Shown here in pieces: positions 19,043 to 29,417 of a stretch of 64,000 nucleotides of DNA. The stretch is from contig JABHUQ010000006.1 in NCBI GenBank assembly GCA_018658715.1, positions 12,904-76,903 on the forward strand. The letters run 5' to 3'. Every line of letters starts with the position of its first letter. Position 1 is the first letter of the stretch. Position numbers and translations under genes: made by a program. The DNA is from Fidelibacterota bacterium (GTDB taxonomy: Bacteria > Fidelibacterota > Marinisomatia > Marinisomatales > UBA1611). Under the pieces are notes generated by a model. The model did not search any database. It saw only the letters and a list, made by a program, of their open reading frames with translations, and had not been told where the DNA came from.

Positions 19043-21352
19043 TTAAGAAATATTGAAAACAGATTTAACTTTTTCTAGTCTTTCTTTACGTTCATTTGCA
19101 AATCGAGTTATAGCTTTCCATTGCCATTCTGCAGATAAATGAGCCTCATCAATTACATCATCCAGCGTTCCCCCTGAACGCCAACGGTTATCCCAATCAG
19201 CAGAAACAGAGTATTCTTTTACAATTAGATATTTTGTCCAATTACTCATATTCGCAATACTTGTATTTGTAATTATCATTGCATCTACCCATTCAGTGTC
19301 TGAAATAACAGAAATTTGATATTCCTTTGATTGCATTTCAAATAATCCATATGATAAAACGGCTACAATTTTCACATTGGGGCCATCTTCACCAAATTGA
19401 CTCAATAAAGTTAATAATTCATCAATAACCTTTGTGCCACGAACAAGCACTACTCCTTCATGTGGGCGATTATTATCATAATTTCTAATAATATATGCAC
19501 CTTTTGCTGCATCGAAATGGCTCGCCATTCCCAATGCTTCTCTATTTGGTATTTCCACCCCGGGGCGTGTTAAATGGAGAGCAATAATTGGAATGTCTGT
19601 AGCTAAAGCTGCACCCAACATTGCTGGAACTTCATTATACTCATATGGGTGCAAATTTAGCACATGTCCTTTAGGAAATAATTGAGTTACACCAGGAGAA
19701 AATATTCCAAAATGCGTTCTACTATCCTCAGCTGTTTCGGGACCGCTATGTCCTGCCACCCAGATTGTTTTACCAACTTTCAACTGAGAATCTTGAGCAA
19801 CTTGACTAAATAAGCGATACGCTCCGTACTTTAAATACGAAAAAGAACCATATGTGCTAGATGCCGTATAAAAACCATTAAAATCATCGAATCCATCTTC
19901 GGAAAAGTTTACCGAACTAATTCCAACATTGATACCCGCATTCGCAAATTCAGTAATTCCTTGAGGCATTAAGGAACCTTTTGGATTATTATCACGATGA
20001 TACATACCGGAGTCGGGAACATTGCCGTATCCTTTTGAAAAACCAGCGATATTAGTTGATCCTGCCAAATCTGCAGAATTTACAAGGAATAATGGGCGCC
20101 CATATTTTTCCTGAGTATAAGAATTTATCCAAGAACCAAAATCTCCAAATCCGGCTCTATTAGGTGCTATTTCACCGGATTTTTTATAAAAAGGATAATT
20201 TTTATAATCAAATAATACAGGATCATTTAAAGGATTTTCCTTGAATTTATTTTCATCTTCTGACTCCACATTATCACCCAATTCAATTAATCGATCTGCT
20301 AGATAGTCCAGTAAACCTTCTTGCTTGTCAAATAATGATAAAACTGATTGAAGCACATCTGCCATTTGTCCTTTATTCGTTTCATAGTCGACTTCAGATG
20401 TATCGCCTATGTGTGGGATTTCTATTCCATATTTATTCGAATAATCTGATTTCGTTTCCCAAAATTCAGACGAATTTCTCTTATGCGGCGCTCCGTGACT
20501 AGGGGCATCAAATTTACCATACCCCCGACCTTTTCTCATTTTCATATAGATCATTTTCGGTTGATGTGGATTATCGTTATCCATTAGCCGGCAATAAGCC
20601 TCCATCAGCTCTCCCCAGTTTTCACCATCTTCAACTCCTTCTACAGCCCAACCATACGGCTCAAACCAATCGCGAGGCGTTCCAGCCACAACATCGCTAA
20701 AGGGACGACCATCAATTCCAAAATCATTCCAATCCACTAGGGTAATAAAGTTGCCCAATCCTAATCCATATGCAGAATTTTTTGTTTCGTGAATAACACC
20801 TGGGGTTAAACCGCCCTCTCCCTCAATTGTAAATACTTTTACCTGATTCATGCCCGCGTATTTCAAGGCAAATGCTTGTCCCGCAGCAATAGGAAACCCG
20901 TGTCCGCTTGGCCCAGTGTTTGATTTAAAAAATAATGTTTTTCCTTCCATTTCTGCATGTCCCGGTAGTCCGCCTCTGCGCCGTAATGTTAAAACATCTT
21001 CCCATGTAAGGGTAAATTTTTGTCCTAATGGATTTAAATATTTATCATTCCCAGTTTGTTGGTATTTTCTACGCAATGCTTCATTAAACACTGCTAGTGT
21101 GGCGTAAACAACTGGGTTTGCATGCCCTGCGCTTAATATAAATCTATCTCCAAATCGCTTACCTGGATTTCGAATATCCCACGACATTGCTCCAGATAAT
21201 AACGTTGAAACTAACGCATAAACTTTTGATCGGCTTCCACCGGGGTGACCACTCTGACTTAAATTCAACATGACATCAATATGTTGATCAATCATATCTT
21301 TAATTGATTCCCAATATTTAAAATTGGGTTTTAATTCAGCGAGCGTTTTCAT
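19043..21352 (-). CDS. Transketolase-family thiamine-diphosphate enzyme (long, divergent form)
   Basis: SGHPGGS N-terminal motif, GPSGHGF, and a ThDP/Mg motif that reads GEGG...N instead of GDG...N. Length 769 aa. Confidence 0.7.
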   Translation of the reverse strand: MKTLAELKPNFKYWESIKDMIDQHIDVMLNLSQSGHPGGSRSKVYALVSTLLSGAMSWDIRNPGKRFGDRFILSAGHANPVVYATLAVFNEALRRKYQQTGNDKYLNPLGQKFTLTWEDVLTLRRRGGLPGHAEMEGKTLFFKSNTGPSGHGFPIAAGQAFALKYAGMNQVKVFTIEGEGGLTPGVIHETKNSAYGLGLGNFITLVDWNDFGIDGRPFSDVVAGTPRDWFEPYGWAVEGVEDGENWGELMEAYCRLMDNDNPHQPKMIYMKMRKGRGYGKFDAPSHGAPHKRNSSEFWETKSDYSNKYGIEIPHIGDTSEVDYETNKGQMADVLQSVLSLFDKQEGLLDYLADRLIELGDNVESEDENKFKENPLNDPVLFDYKNYPFYKKSGEIAPNRAGFGDFGSWINSYTQEKYGRPLFLVNSADLAGSTNIAGFSKGYGNVPDSGMYHRDNNPKGSLMPQGITEFANAGINVGISSVNFSEDGFDDFNGFYTASSTYGSFSYLKYGAYRLFSQVAQDSQLKVGKTIWVAGHSGPETAEDSRTHFGIFSPGVTQLFPKGHVLNLHPYEYNEVPAMLGAALATDIPIIALHLTRPGVEIPNREALGMASHFDAAKGAYIIRNYDNNRPHEGVVLVRGTKVIDELLTLLSQFGEDGPNVKIVAVLSYGLFEMQSKEYQISVISDTEWVDAMIITNTSIANMSNWTKYLIVKEYSVSADWDNRWRSGGTLDDVIDEAHLSAEWQWKAITRFANERKERLEKVKSVFNIS

Positions 21353-24204
21353 TATTTCTTTCCTCTAACTTTGAATATTTTGTTTAAATAGTGCCCAGTG
21401 TATGAATTCTTAACTTTAGCGACTTGTTCGGGTGTTCCAACTGCTAAAACTGTTCCACCTTCGTCACCGCCCTCAGGGCCAAGGTCTATAACCCAGTCTG
21501 CTGTTTTTATTACATCTAGATTGTGTTCAATGACAATAACCGAATTCCCTCGGTCTACTAGTTTTTGTAATACATTTAAAAGCATTCTAATATCTTCAAA
21601 ATGTAATCCCGTTGTTGGTTCGTCAAGTATATAAAAAGTTTTTGATGTACTTGTTTTTGATAATTCTGTTGCTAATTTAACGCGTTGGGCTTCACCTCCC
21701 GATAGGGTTGTGGCTTGTTGCCCTAAATGGATATAGCCCAAACCAACCTCATTTAAAGTGGTTAATTTTTTCTTAATTGAAGGTATGTGTTCAAAAAAGC
21801 CTAATGCTTCTGAAACAGACATTTCCAATACTTCAGCAATAGATTTTCCTCTATATTTTATTTCTAATGTTTCGCGGTTATACCTTTTCCCATTACATAC
21901 TTCACATGTCACATAAACATCTGGGAGGAAATTCATTTCTATTTTTATAATACCATCTCCTTCGCAAGATGCACAACGACCTCCTTTTACATTAAATGAG
22001 AATCGTCCGGGCTTATATCCTCGAATTTTTGCTTCTGGTAATTTAGCAAATAAGTCTCGAATATGTGTAAAAAGGCCTGTATAAGTAGCAGGATTTGATC
22101 GCGGCGTTCTTCCAATAGGCCTTTGATCTATATCAACTACTTTATCAATATATTTTATGCCATCGATTGTTTCATACGAGAGAGGGTATTGGCGAGAATT
22201 TGTAATATGTTTAGCTAAAGCAGGATAAAGCGTTTCGTTTACTAATGTACTTTTACCACTCCCAGAAACACCAGTAACAACTACAAATCGACTCAATGGG
22301 ATTTTAACATTTATCTTTTTAAGGTTATTCCCTGTTGCTCCCTTTAATGTCAAATAATAAGATTCATTACTTCTTCTGTTTGATGGTATTGGTATTTTCT
22401 TTTTTCCTGATAAATACTTTCCTGTAAGAGATTTTTTGCTTTTTAATAAATCAGTCGGCGTTCCAGAAAATGTTATTTCGCCACCATAAATCCCTGCGCC
22501 GGGCCCCAAATCTATAACATGATCTGCTTCCAACATTGTTTCTTCGTCATGCTCCACAACCAAAATTGAATTCCCGATATCTCTCAATGTTTTTAAAGTA
22601 TTTAATAATCTATTATTGTCTCTGGGGTGTAAACCGATAGACGGTTCATCTAATATATACAATACACCCATTAGTTGAGACCCAATTTGAGTTGCCAGTC
22701 GAATTCGCTGTGCTTCTCCTCCAGATAATGTAGTCGCCGAACGATCTAAGGTTAAATAGTTTAACCCAACATTTACTAAAAAACCCAATCGCTGTTTTAA
22801 TTCTTTTATGATTTGTTCCGCAATCTGTTGGTGCATTGTTGATAATTCAATATTTTCAAAAAAAGCATGAATATCTTTAATCGACCTTGATGATAAATCT
22901 CCTAAAGTAATATCATTCACCTTTACGCCTAAAGATTCTTTCTTTAGCCGGCTCCCATTACATTCTGAACAGGGGCGCATACTCATAAATTGCTCTATCC
23001 ATTCGCGTATACCAGCAGACTTAGTTTGTTTATACCGACGAATTAAGTTAGGGATTGCCCCTTCCCACCCTCCAGTATAAGTCCCAGACCATCGCTCAGA
23101 TGAGTATGACATTTCAAATTTTTCTTTTCCTGTGCCAAAAAGGAGAATTTGCCTAATAGCTGTGTCTAGTTTTATCCAGGGTGTTGTAAAATTAAATTCA
23201 TAATGTTTAGCTAAACTTTTTAAAATACTCCCATACCAATTACCTCTAGGCTGTTCACCTAATGGGGCAATTCCTCCCTGAATTAATGATTTTGTTTTAT
23301 CGGGAACTATGAGCTCTGGATCTACTTCCATATGAGACCCTAGTCCATCGCATTTAGGACATGCGCCATAGGGTGAATTAAAAGAAAACATTCTCGGTAC
23401 CATTTCTTCCATACTTACTTCACAATCTGGGCAAGCGAAATGCTCACTAAAAATATGTTCTTTATTTGGTAATTCATGAACCACTATCAGACCGCTCCCA
23501 ATTTTAAGAGCAAGTTCTACGGATTCGGTTAATCTGTCTTGTATTTTTTTCTTAATTTGAATTCGATCTACGACTACTTCGATTGTATGTTTTTTATTCT
23601 TATTAAGAATAATTTTATCATCTACGGAATAGACATCGCCGTCTACACGAACACGAAGAAAGCCTTCTCTACGAACCTCATCTAGGACTCCTTTGTGCTC
23701 TCCCTTCCTTCCGCGGACTAATGGGGCAAGAATATGTAATTTTGTATTCTCGGGAAATTTGGAAACAGTATCTACAATTTGTTGAACCGTTTGTTTTTGG
23801 ATTGGTTTCCCACATTTCCAACAATGAGGAATTCCAATATGAGCATAAAGAAGGCGAAGGTAATCATGAATTTCTGTTACTGTCCCAACTGTTGAACGCG
23901 GGTTTCGAGCTGTAGCCTTTTGTTCAATTGATATGGCGGGGGATAAACCTTCAATGGTGTCCATATCTGGCTTTTCCATCAGGCCGAGAAATTGTCTCGC
24001 ATATGACGAAAGTGATTCTACATAGCGACGTTGACCTTCCGCATAAATGGTATCAAAAGCTAAGGATGATTTACCTGACCCGGATAATCCTGTAATAACA
24101 ACTAACTTATCCCTAGGAATTTCAACATTTATGTTTTTCAGGTTATGTTGGCGTGCGCCTTTAATAATAAGTTTATTGTTTAGAATGCTCATTTTCTCAG
24201 TCAA
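21352..24204 (-). CDS. uvrA: Excinuclease ABC subunit A
   Basis: [10 protein letters not shown], two ABC modules ([18 protein letters not shown]; LSGGEAQR twice) and zinc-finger cysteines. The ATG at 24192 ([10 protein letters not shown]...) is likelier than the TTG at 24204. Confidence 0.95.
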   Translation of the reverse strand: MTEKMSILNNKLIIKGARQHNLKNINVEIPRDKLVVITGLSGSGKSSLAFDTIYAEGQRRYVESLSSYARQFLGLMEKPDMDTIEGLSPAISIEQKATARNPRSTVGTVTEIHDYLRLLYAHIGIPHCWKCGKPIQKQTVQQIVDTVSKFPENTKLHILAPLVRGRKGEHKGVLDEVRREGFLRVRVDGDVYSVDDKIILNKNKKHTIEVVVDRIQIKKKIQDRLTESVELALKIGSGLIVVHELPNKEHIFSEHFACPDCEVSMEEMVPRMFSFNSPYGACPKCDGLGSHMEVDPELIVPDKTKSLIQGGIAPLGEQPRGNWYGSILKSLAKHYEFNFTTPWIKLDTAIRQILLFGTGKEKFEMSYSSERWSGTYTGGWEGAIPNLIRRYKQTKSAGIREWIEQFMSMRPCSECNGSRLKKESLGVKVNDITLGDLSSRSIKDIHAFFENIELSTMHQQIAEQIIKELKQRLGFLVNVGLNYLTLDRSATTLSGGEAQRIRLATQIGSQLMGVLYILDEPSIGLHPRDNNRLLNTLKTLRDIGNSILVVEHDEETMLEADHVIDLGPGAGIYGGEITFSGTPTDLLKSKKSLTGKYLSGKKKIPIPSNRRSNESYYLTLKGATGNNLKKINVKIPLSRFVVVTGVSGSGKSTLVNETLYPALAKHITNSRQYPLSYETIDGIKYIDKVVDIDQRPIGRTPRSNPATYTGLFTHIRDLFAKLPEAKIRGYKPGRFSFNVKGGRCASCEGDGIIKIEMNFLPDVYVTCEVCNGKRYNRETLEIKYRGKSIAEVLEMSVSEALGFFEHIPSIKKKLTTLNEVGLGYIHLGQQATTLSGGEAQRVKLATELSKTSTSKTFYILDEPTTGLHFEDIRMLLNVLQKLVDRGNSVIVIEHNLDVIKTADWVIDLGPEGGDEGGTVLAVGTPEQVAKVKNSYTGHYLNKIFKVRGKK

Positions 24205-24369
24205 ATCGACCTGAAATTTAAGTCTTTTCGATTTATGAACAGATAAACATTTATTGAATATTCAACGATTTTTCTCAACTTAATCTGTTAGAAGATAATT
24301 TTGATGCAGTAATTCAAGAGTAGCATAATTTGAATGCTTAATTCTGAAATATTTTATATGAGATAAGAA

Positions 24370-24951
24370 TTAAAACCCTAATTGATAAAATATTTTCTCT
24401 CCACCCTTCATTTTTGGCGAACAAACCATTTCTACTTCTTTGGGCAGTTTTTTGAAATCATAAACTAATTCCGCATTTATGGATTTGTTTTTAGTCACCC
24501 CGAATAAAACGGTGTTTTTTCCTTCAAACGGGTTCAATTCAGCTTTATTTCCTCCTGCGCCAATTAATTTAATTTGCGTCATAGCAGAAAAATCAAATGA
24601 TTTCTTCCCTAAATTTGTTATCTTAATATTAAGTGTCACTTGATTCCCATTTTTTTTAGCGCTTATTAATTTATATTTTACATTTTCCGCAATTTGTACT
24701 GTCCCAATTGGGAGCGAAACTCGCCCATCGTCCAAAGCGTTTACTGGGATATAAAATTCAATGGTTGCTTTAACATATTTCCCCGATTTATCTAATTTCA
24801 ATTTTGTAATTTGAGTGCCACTAGCCAGTGAACCAATTGAAGAATTTTCATTAGCTTTAATAAATATATCGGTGCTTGACTTTAGTCTGGTTGTTTGACC
24901 GAATAATATTCCTCCAACAAATACTAATAATATCCAACGTATCTTCTGCAT
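24370..24951 (-). CDS. Secreted protein of unknown function (SH3-like N-terminal half, Ig-like/DUF4352-like C-terminal half, by eye)
   Basis: Signal peptide and a 1-nt overlap with the motB-like stop. No catalytic motif seen. Confidence 0.4.
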   Translation of the reverse strand: MQKIRWILLVFVGGILFGQTTRLKSSTDIFIKANENSSIGSLASGTQITKLKLDKSGKYVKATIEFYIPVNALDDGRVSLPIGTVQIAENVKYKLISAKKNGNQVTLNIKITNLGKKSFDFSAMTQIKLIGAGGNKAELNPFEGKNTVLFGVTKNKSINAELVYDFKKLPKEVEMVCSPKMKGGEKIFYQLGF

Positions 24952-25676
24952 TACAAAGTTTCTCCATTTACTTTTTCTTTAATAAAAGCGTCTAAATAAA
25001 TTTCAACTCGCCTGTTTTTCCCACGAGCATCTTGAAGGGCAACGCTATTCTTAATGCCTTCTGTTTCAATGACGGGTCGAAATTTTCCATATCCCATAGC
25101 TGAAAAGAGTTTTTCATCTAATTGTGCATATTTACTTAATAAACGAACCAAGTTTAAAGACCGGGCTGATGATAATTCCCAATTACTAGGAAAAGCTGCT
25201 CGTTTTGGAAGCGGTAAATCATCTGTATGCCCTTCACACCTTATTTCTATATTCAGCATTTCATCGCGTTTTTTAATTAAATCTAATAAAGTTGCATAAT
25301 CTTCGTCGTTATATACATTTAAAACTTTGGATATTCGAATAATACCCCCAATCTGTATTAATAGAGGATAAACTCTCGGGTCAACATCTGCTGACATAGA
25401 TTTAAATAATTTTCCACGCATAGTAATTTTAATCCCCTTAGTAACTCTATCAACTTGGACATAAGACGATGACACATTTTCAGCTAATTCTTCATATGTT
25501 TCATCTAGCAATTTATTTATGACGCGGTCAATATGTTTTTCTGCATCATTCAATATCACTAACAACATTATAAAGAATGTAAGAAGAAGTGTGACTAAAT
25601 CGGCAAATGTGAGCGCCCAGGCTGTAGACTTCGCCCTACGCTCATTAAGGGATATTTCTTTTTTTATTTGAAGCAA
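24951..25676 (-). CDS. motB: MotB-like stator protein (OmpA-like peptidoglycan-binding C-terminus)
   Basis: TM segment with conserved Asp (WALTFADLVTLLLTFF) and an OmpA-like end (NRRVEIYL). Confidence 0.7.
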   Translation of the reverse strand: MLQIKKEISLNERRAKSTAWALTFADLVTLLLTFFIMLLVILNDAEKHIDRVINKLLDETYEELAENVSSSYVQVDRVTKGIKITMRGKLFKSMSADVDPRVYPLLIQIGGIIRISKVLNVYNDEDYATLLDLIKKRDEMLNIEIRCEGHTDDLPLPKRAAFPSNWELSSARSLNLVRLLSKYAQLDEKLFSAMGYGKFRPVIETEGIKNSVALQDARGKNRRVEIYLDAFIKEKVNGETL

Positions 25677-25684
25677 GTGTCTGC

Positions 25685-26482
25685 TTATTCGGTGCGTAAA
25701 TTAGATGGAATGAAAGTCATCAGTTTTTCGCGTATTAAAATCGGGTGTTCTTTTGAATGAAGGCTAATGATACCTTCAACAATAATATTTTTCATCATTA
25801 ATTCATCCTCTGATTTGCGTTTTAATTTTCCTCCTATAGGGAGAAAAATTAGGTTAGCAAATAAGACACCATAAAAAGTGGTAATAAGTGCAAGCCCCAT
25901 ACCGCCTAGAAGCTCCGCAAATTTCGCAGCAACATCAAAGTCTAATGTTTCATCTCCCGATCCGCCAAAGTTATTCATCATTACAATTAAACCAAGAACT
26001 GTTCCAAGCATTCCAAAAGCTGGCGCATAAGAACCCATGTATAAGAATATCTCCTGACCAGAGATATGGCGATTCATAATATTGTTCATTTCCATTCTTA
26101 AATAATCTCTAAGTCTAGCTGAATCTCGTTCGTTAATGGCAAGCTCAATACCTTTTCTTAAAAATTTACTTTCAATTTGGTCAAGTTCCCCTTCTAGGGA
26201 AAGAATACCATCTTTACGGGATTTTTCCGCTTTTTGAACTAATTGTTCAATAGTTTGGATATAATCGAATCGCTCTTTTACAAATACATTTTTTAATATA
26301 CTCCCAACTCCTAAAAATACTTTAAGTGGATAATTAACTAATGTTGCGGCAATGGTTCCACCTAAAACCAATAAAATTGAATTAACATTTAAAAACCAAT
26401 AAAGTTCGCCTCCACCATTAATGATTCCAACAATAATAACGCCGAAACCTGCTGTGAGACCTATCGCAGTAGCTAAATCCAT
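25685..26482 (-). CDS. motA: MotA/PomA-like proton or sodium channel stator protein (MotA/TolQ/ExbB family)
   Basis: 265 aa, 4 TM segments and the typical C-terminal channel region (APAFGMLGTVLGLI...TTFYGVLFANLIFLPI). Confidence 0.75.
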   Translation of the reverse strand: MDLATAIGLTAGFGVIIVGIINGGGELYWFLNVNSILLVLGGTIAATLVNYPLKVFLGVGSILKNVFVKERFDYIQTIEQLVQKAEKSRKDGILSLEGELDQIESKFLRKGIELAINERDSARLRDYLRMEMNNIMNRHISGQEIFLYMGSYAPAFGMLGTVLGLIVMMNNFGGSGDETLDFDVAAKFAELLGGMGLALITTFYGVLFANLIFLPIGGKLKRKSEDELMMKNIIVEGIISLHSKEHPILIREKLMTFIPSNLRTE

Positions 26483-26570
26483 ATTATCCTATAGTTTATT
26501 TATTGAGTGGGGAAAGATGGGCATTTGCCTATCTTATCATTATAAATCTTATTGAATATTAATTTTTGAT

Positions 26571-27398
26571 TCAATCTTTTTTCTTATGGCGGTGAAGTGA
26601 TTTACTTCCTTCAAATAATGTATCTTTTTCTTCTTGGGTTAATTTGTTAAAACCAACCTGATTGATTTTTTCTAATATACGATTAATATCCATTTCCATT
26701 TTATGACGCTTGTTTATTGTTTTTTCGTGTTGGTGGATTTTATACTCTAATACCTGTTTTCGAATGGTGAATATGGCATCTTTCCACCTAAAATTTGACC
26801 GCAAAATAAAGAATCCAATCAACATCCCAGATAAATGTGTCATATGGCTAATATTTGAGGTATTGCCAAGAGATGAGAAAAAAGCAATTGCTCCAATACT
26901 AATAACAAACCACACAGACTTAATAGGCAATATACCATAAAGATAAATGGTTCGATTTGGATACATAAGTCCATACGCTAATAATACACCATAGACTGCA
27001 CCACTTGCCCCAACAACTGGTATGGTTGAATTAAGGTTTAGAATAAATGTAATCAAACCGGAACCAACACCTGTCATAAAATAATATTTTAAAAAACGCT
27101 CTTTTCCCCACACTTTTTCCAATTCTGTTCCAAACATCCAAAGAACAAACATATTAATCAATATATGCCAAATGCCTCCGTGAAAAAATAAATATGTAAA
27201 AGGTTGCCAAATCATAAACTGAGACCAGACAGATTTGGGAACAAGCCCAAAAAGTTGGAAAAACATTCTTGATTGTCCAGATAAGGTTTGGAAAAAAAAG
27301 ATTGCAAAATTCACTGTTATTAATAATTTAATGGCATCAGTGAATAATTTTGGTTTGAAAGACAAGTCTCCTGAAGGTGATTGAAATTGGTATCTCAT
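26571..27398 (-). CDS. Rhomboid-family intramembrane serine protease
   Basis: HGGIWHILINM and GASGAVYG motifs. Confidence 0.8.
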   Translation of the reverse strand: MRYQFQSPSGDLSFKPKLFTDAIKLLITVNFAIFFFQTLSGQSRMFFQLFGLVPKSVWSQFMIWQPFTYLFFHGGIWHILINMFVLWMFGTELEKVWGKERFLKYYFMTGVGSGLITFILNLNSTIPVVGASGAVYGVLLAYGLMYPNRTIYLYGILPIKSVWFVISIGAIAFFSSLGNTSNISHMTHLSGMLIGFFILRSNFRWKDAIFTIRKQVLEYKIHQHEKTINKRHKMEMDINRILEKINQVGFNKLTQEEKDTLFEGSKSLHRHKKKD

Positions 27399-27618
27399 AG
27401 TTTCTCAAAATTAATAAAATTTCACTCTTTATAGTACTCATTGATAAAAAAAGTTCATTCACAATAGTCTCACCAAAAAATTGTTAATATGATAATTCTT
27501 GCCACGGAACTATAAATTAGAATAATAAAGATTTAGAACTATCATCAGGAAAGGTAATAGATTAATCAAAAAGTAGGTTTTAAATTGATCCCTTATTTAA
27601 TTAACAAATGAGACTATT

Positions 27619-28116
27619 TTGAAAAACTTTAATCCTTTAACTTTTTATTCACAAGATGAATTAAGCCAAGCTTTAAATGAAAGCGCTCAGTCTATTGGTG
27701 GAAAAAATTATTTTTTACTACTATTAGAAGCTGTGCGAGATGCGCAACCTCATCCGCTTTTGGCTAAAAATGCTGAATTTAAATTTTCGGTTGGATCTGT
27801 AAAATGGTCAAAGCCAATTTTTAGAGAAAAGTTTACTTTATTTAAACATCTTAGGTTAAATAATAAAGATGGAAATATTTTCCCTAAAAAAGGAAGTAAA
27901 GGATATAAAAGTATCTTAAATCTCCTTAGAACTCTGAAACCTATTACATTTTCAGTTCAACCTAAAAATAAAAAAGATGGTGATGGTTTCACATTTCAAC
28001 CTTTAAAAATAGTGGACGATAATACAACAGAAATAAACCCGCTTTTTGAAGCGCTTTTTTTTGCACCCGTCTATCAAGTTAAAAAAAGTTTAACTTCAAA
28101 GAAAAAGCCCACTTAG
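27619..28116 (+). CDS. Hypothetical basic protein (orphan)
   Basis: 165-aa ORF with a TTG start, Lys-rich, no recognisable motif. First gene after a strand switch. Confidence 0.3.
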   Translation: MKNFNPLTFYSQDELSQALNESAQSIGGKNYFLLLLEAVRDAQPHPLLAKNAEFKFSVGSVKWSKPIFREKFTLFKHLRLNNKDGNIFPKKGSKGYKSILNLLRTLKPITFSVQPKNKKDGDGFTFQPLKIVDDNTTEINPLFEALFFAPVYQVKKSLTSKKKPT

Positions 28117-28125
28117 TTTTAAAGT

Positions 28126-29415
28126 ATGTCAAAAAGAGTTCTATTTTTCTTTTTCTTTCTTGTATTGTATGGGTGTGGCCCTAAGAATACCCCTGTTTGG
28201 CTAAAAGGGAATATTCATACTCATACTCTTTGGAGTGATGGAGATGCGCCACCTGAAACTGTTGTCAGTTGGTATAAACAAAATGGATACCAATTTTTAG
28301 CGCTATCTGATCATAATATTTTATCTGAAGATGAAAAATGGATACCTGTCGTTGATAAAGAAGATCCAAGTCGCTGGCCTCCTCCCTTTTCAATAGAAAA
28401 ATTAGATAAACTAAAAAAAGAATTTGGAGACGATTGGCCTGAGCTAAGATATGTAGGCGACACACTTCAAATGCGTCTTAAAACATTAAAAGAATTGAAG
28501 GATTATTTTGAAGTTCCTGGGAAATTTTTATTAATACCTGCCGAAGAAATTACAGATGCATTTGAAAAAAAGCCGGTTCATATTAATGCCACTAACATTC
28601 AGTTTCTTATTCACCCACAGGGAGGAAAAAGTGTATTAGATGTGATGCAACGCAATTTAGATGCAATCGCACATCAACGCCAAGAAACAGATCAGCCCAT
28701 ATTAGCTCACGTGAATCATCCAAATTTTGGATGGGGAATTGTAGCTGAAGATTTAATGCAATTAACTGGTGATCCGTTTTTTGAAGTGTATAATGGCCAT
28801 CCTGGAGTTAAAAATTGGGGCGATGATGCACATCCTGGCACTGATCGTATGTGGGATATAATTTTAGCAAATAGACTCCAAGCAAATAAAAGTCTTTTTT
28901 ATGGCGTTGCTACCGATGATTCCCATACTTATTATAAATTTGGAGACAAAGAGTCTAATACGGGTCGGGGCTGGGTAATGGTTCAATCTAGCGTCCTTAC
29001 TCCATCTTCTATTATTCAAGCAATGGAAAAAGGGATGTTTTATTCTTCAACCGGGGTGGTTATAAATGATGTTGAATTATCCAATAATAATTTATCAATA
29101 CATATTCAGGCAGATGATAATATTTCTTACACCACGCAGTTTATTGGGACACTAAAAGGCTTTGATTCCACAGTAACGCCGATTGTCCATAACAATGAAA
29201 ATCCTTCACATATAGCTCATTCATACAGCCAAGAGATTGGTCAAATTCTGCATGAAACATTAGATAACCCAGCTCATTTTTCAATCCCAAGTAATGTCCT
29301 ATATGTACGCGCCAAAATAATTTCTAGTAGAAAACATCCTAATCCCTTCTCAAGGGGAGACGTTGAAATGGCGTGGATTCAACCTCTCTCTCGGGCGGCC
29401 ATAATAAGACAATAA
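28126..29415 (+). CDS. Secreted (lipoprotein-like) PHP-domain metal-dependent phosphoesterase
   Basis: Lipobox-like LYGCG. PHP signature GNIHTHTLWSDGD...LALSDHN, with further His/Asp ligands (HVNHP, TDDSH). Confidence 0.6.
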   Translation: MSKRVLFFFFFLVLYGCGPKNTPVWLKGNIHTHTLWSDGDAPPETVVSWYKQNGYQFLALSDHNILSEDEKWIPVVDKEDPSRWPPPFSIEKLDKLKKEFGDDWPELRYVGDTLQMRLKTLKELKDYFEVPGKFLLIPAEEITDAFEKKPVHINATNIQFLIHPQGGKSVLDVMQRNLDAIAHQRQETDQPILAHVNHPNFGWGIVAEDLMQLTGDPFFEVYNGHPGVKNWGDDAHPGTDRMWDIILANRLQANKSLFYGVATDDSHTYYKFGDKESNTGRGWVMVQSSVLTPSSIIQAMEKGMFYSSTGVVINDVELSNNNLSIHIQADDNISYTTQFIGTLKGFDSTVTPIVHNNENPSHIAHSYSQEIGQILHETLDNPAHFSIPSNVLYVRAKIISSRKHPNPFSRGDVEMAWIQPLSRAAIIRQ

Positions 29416-29417
29416 TA

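Noticed and set aside
24951-26482. The MotA/MotB pair as a Zorya-type anti-phage system.
   Set aside because: The MotA-like protein is only 265 aa, with no long C-terminal tail as in ZorA. No ZorC/D-like helicase or nuclease genes follow.
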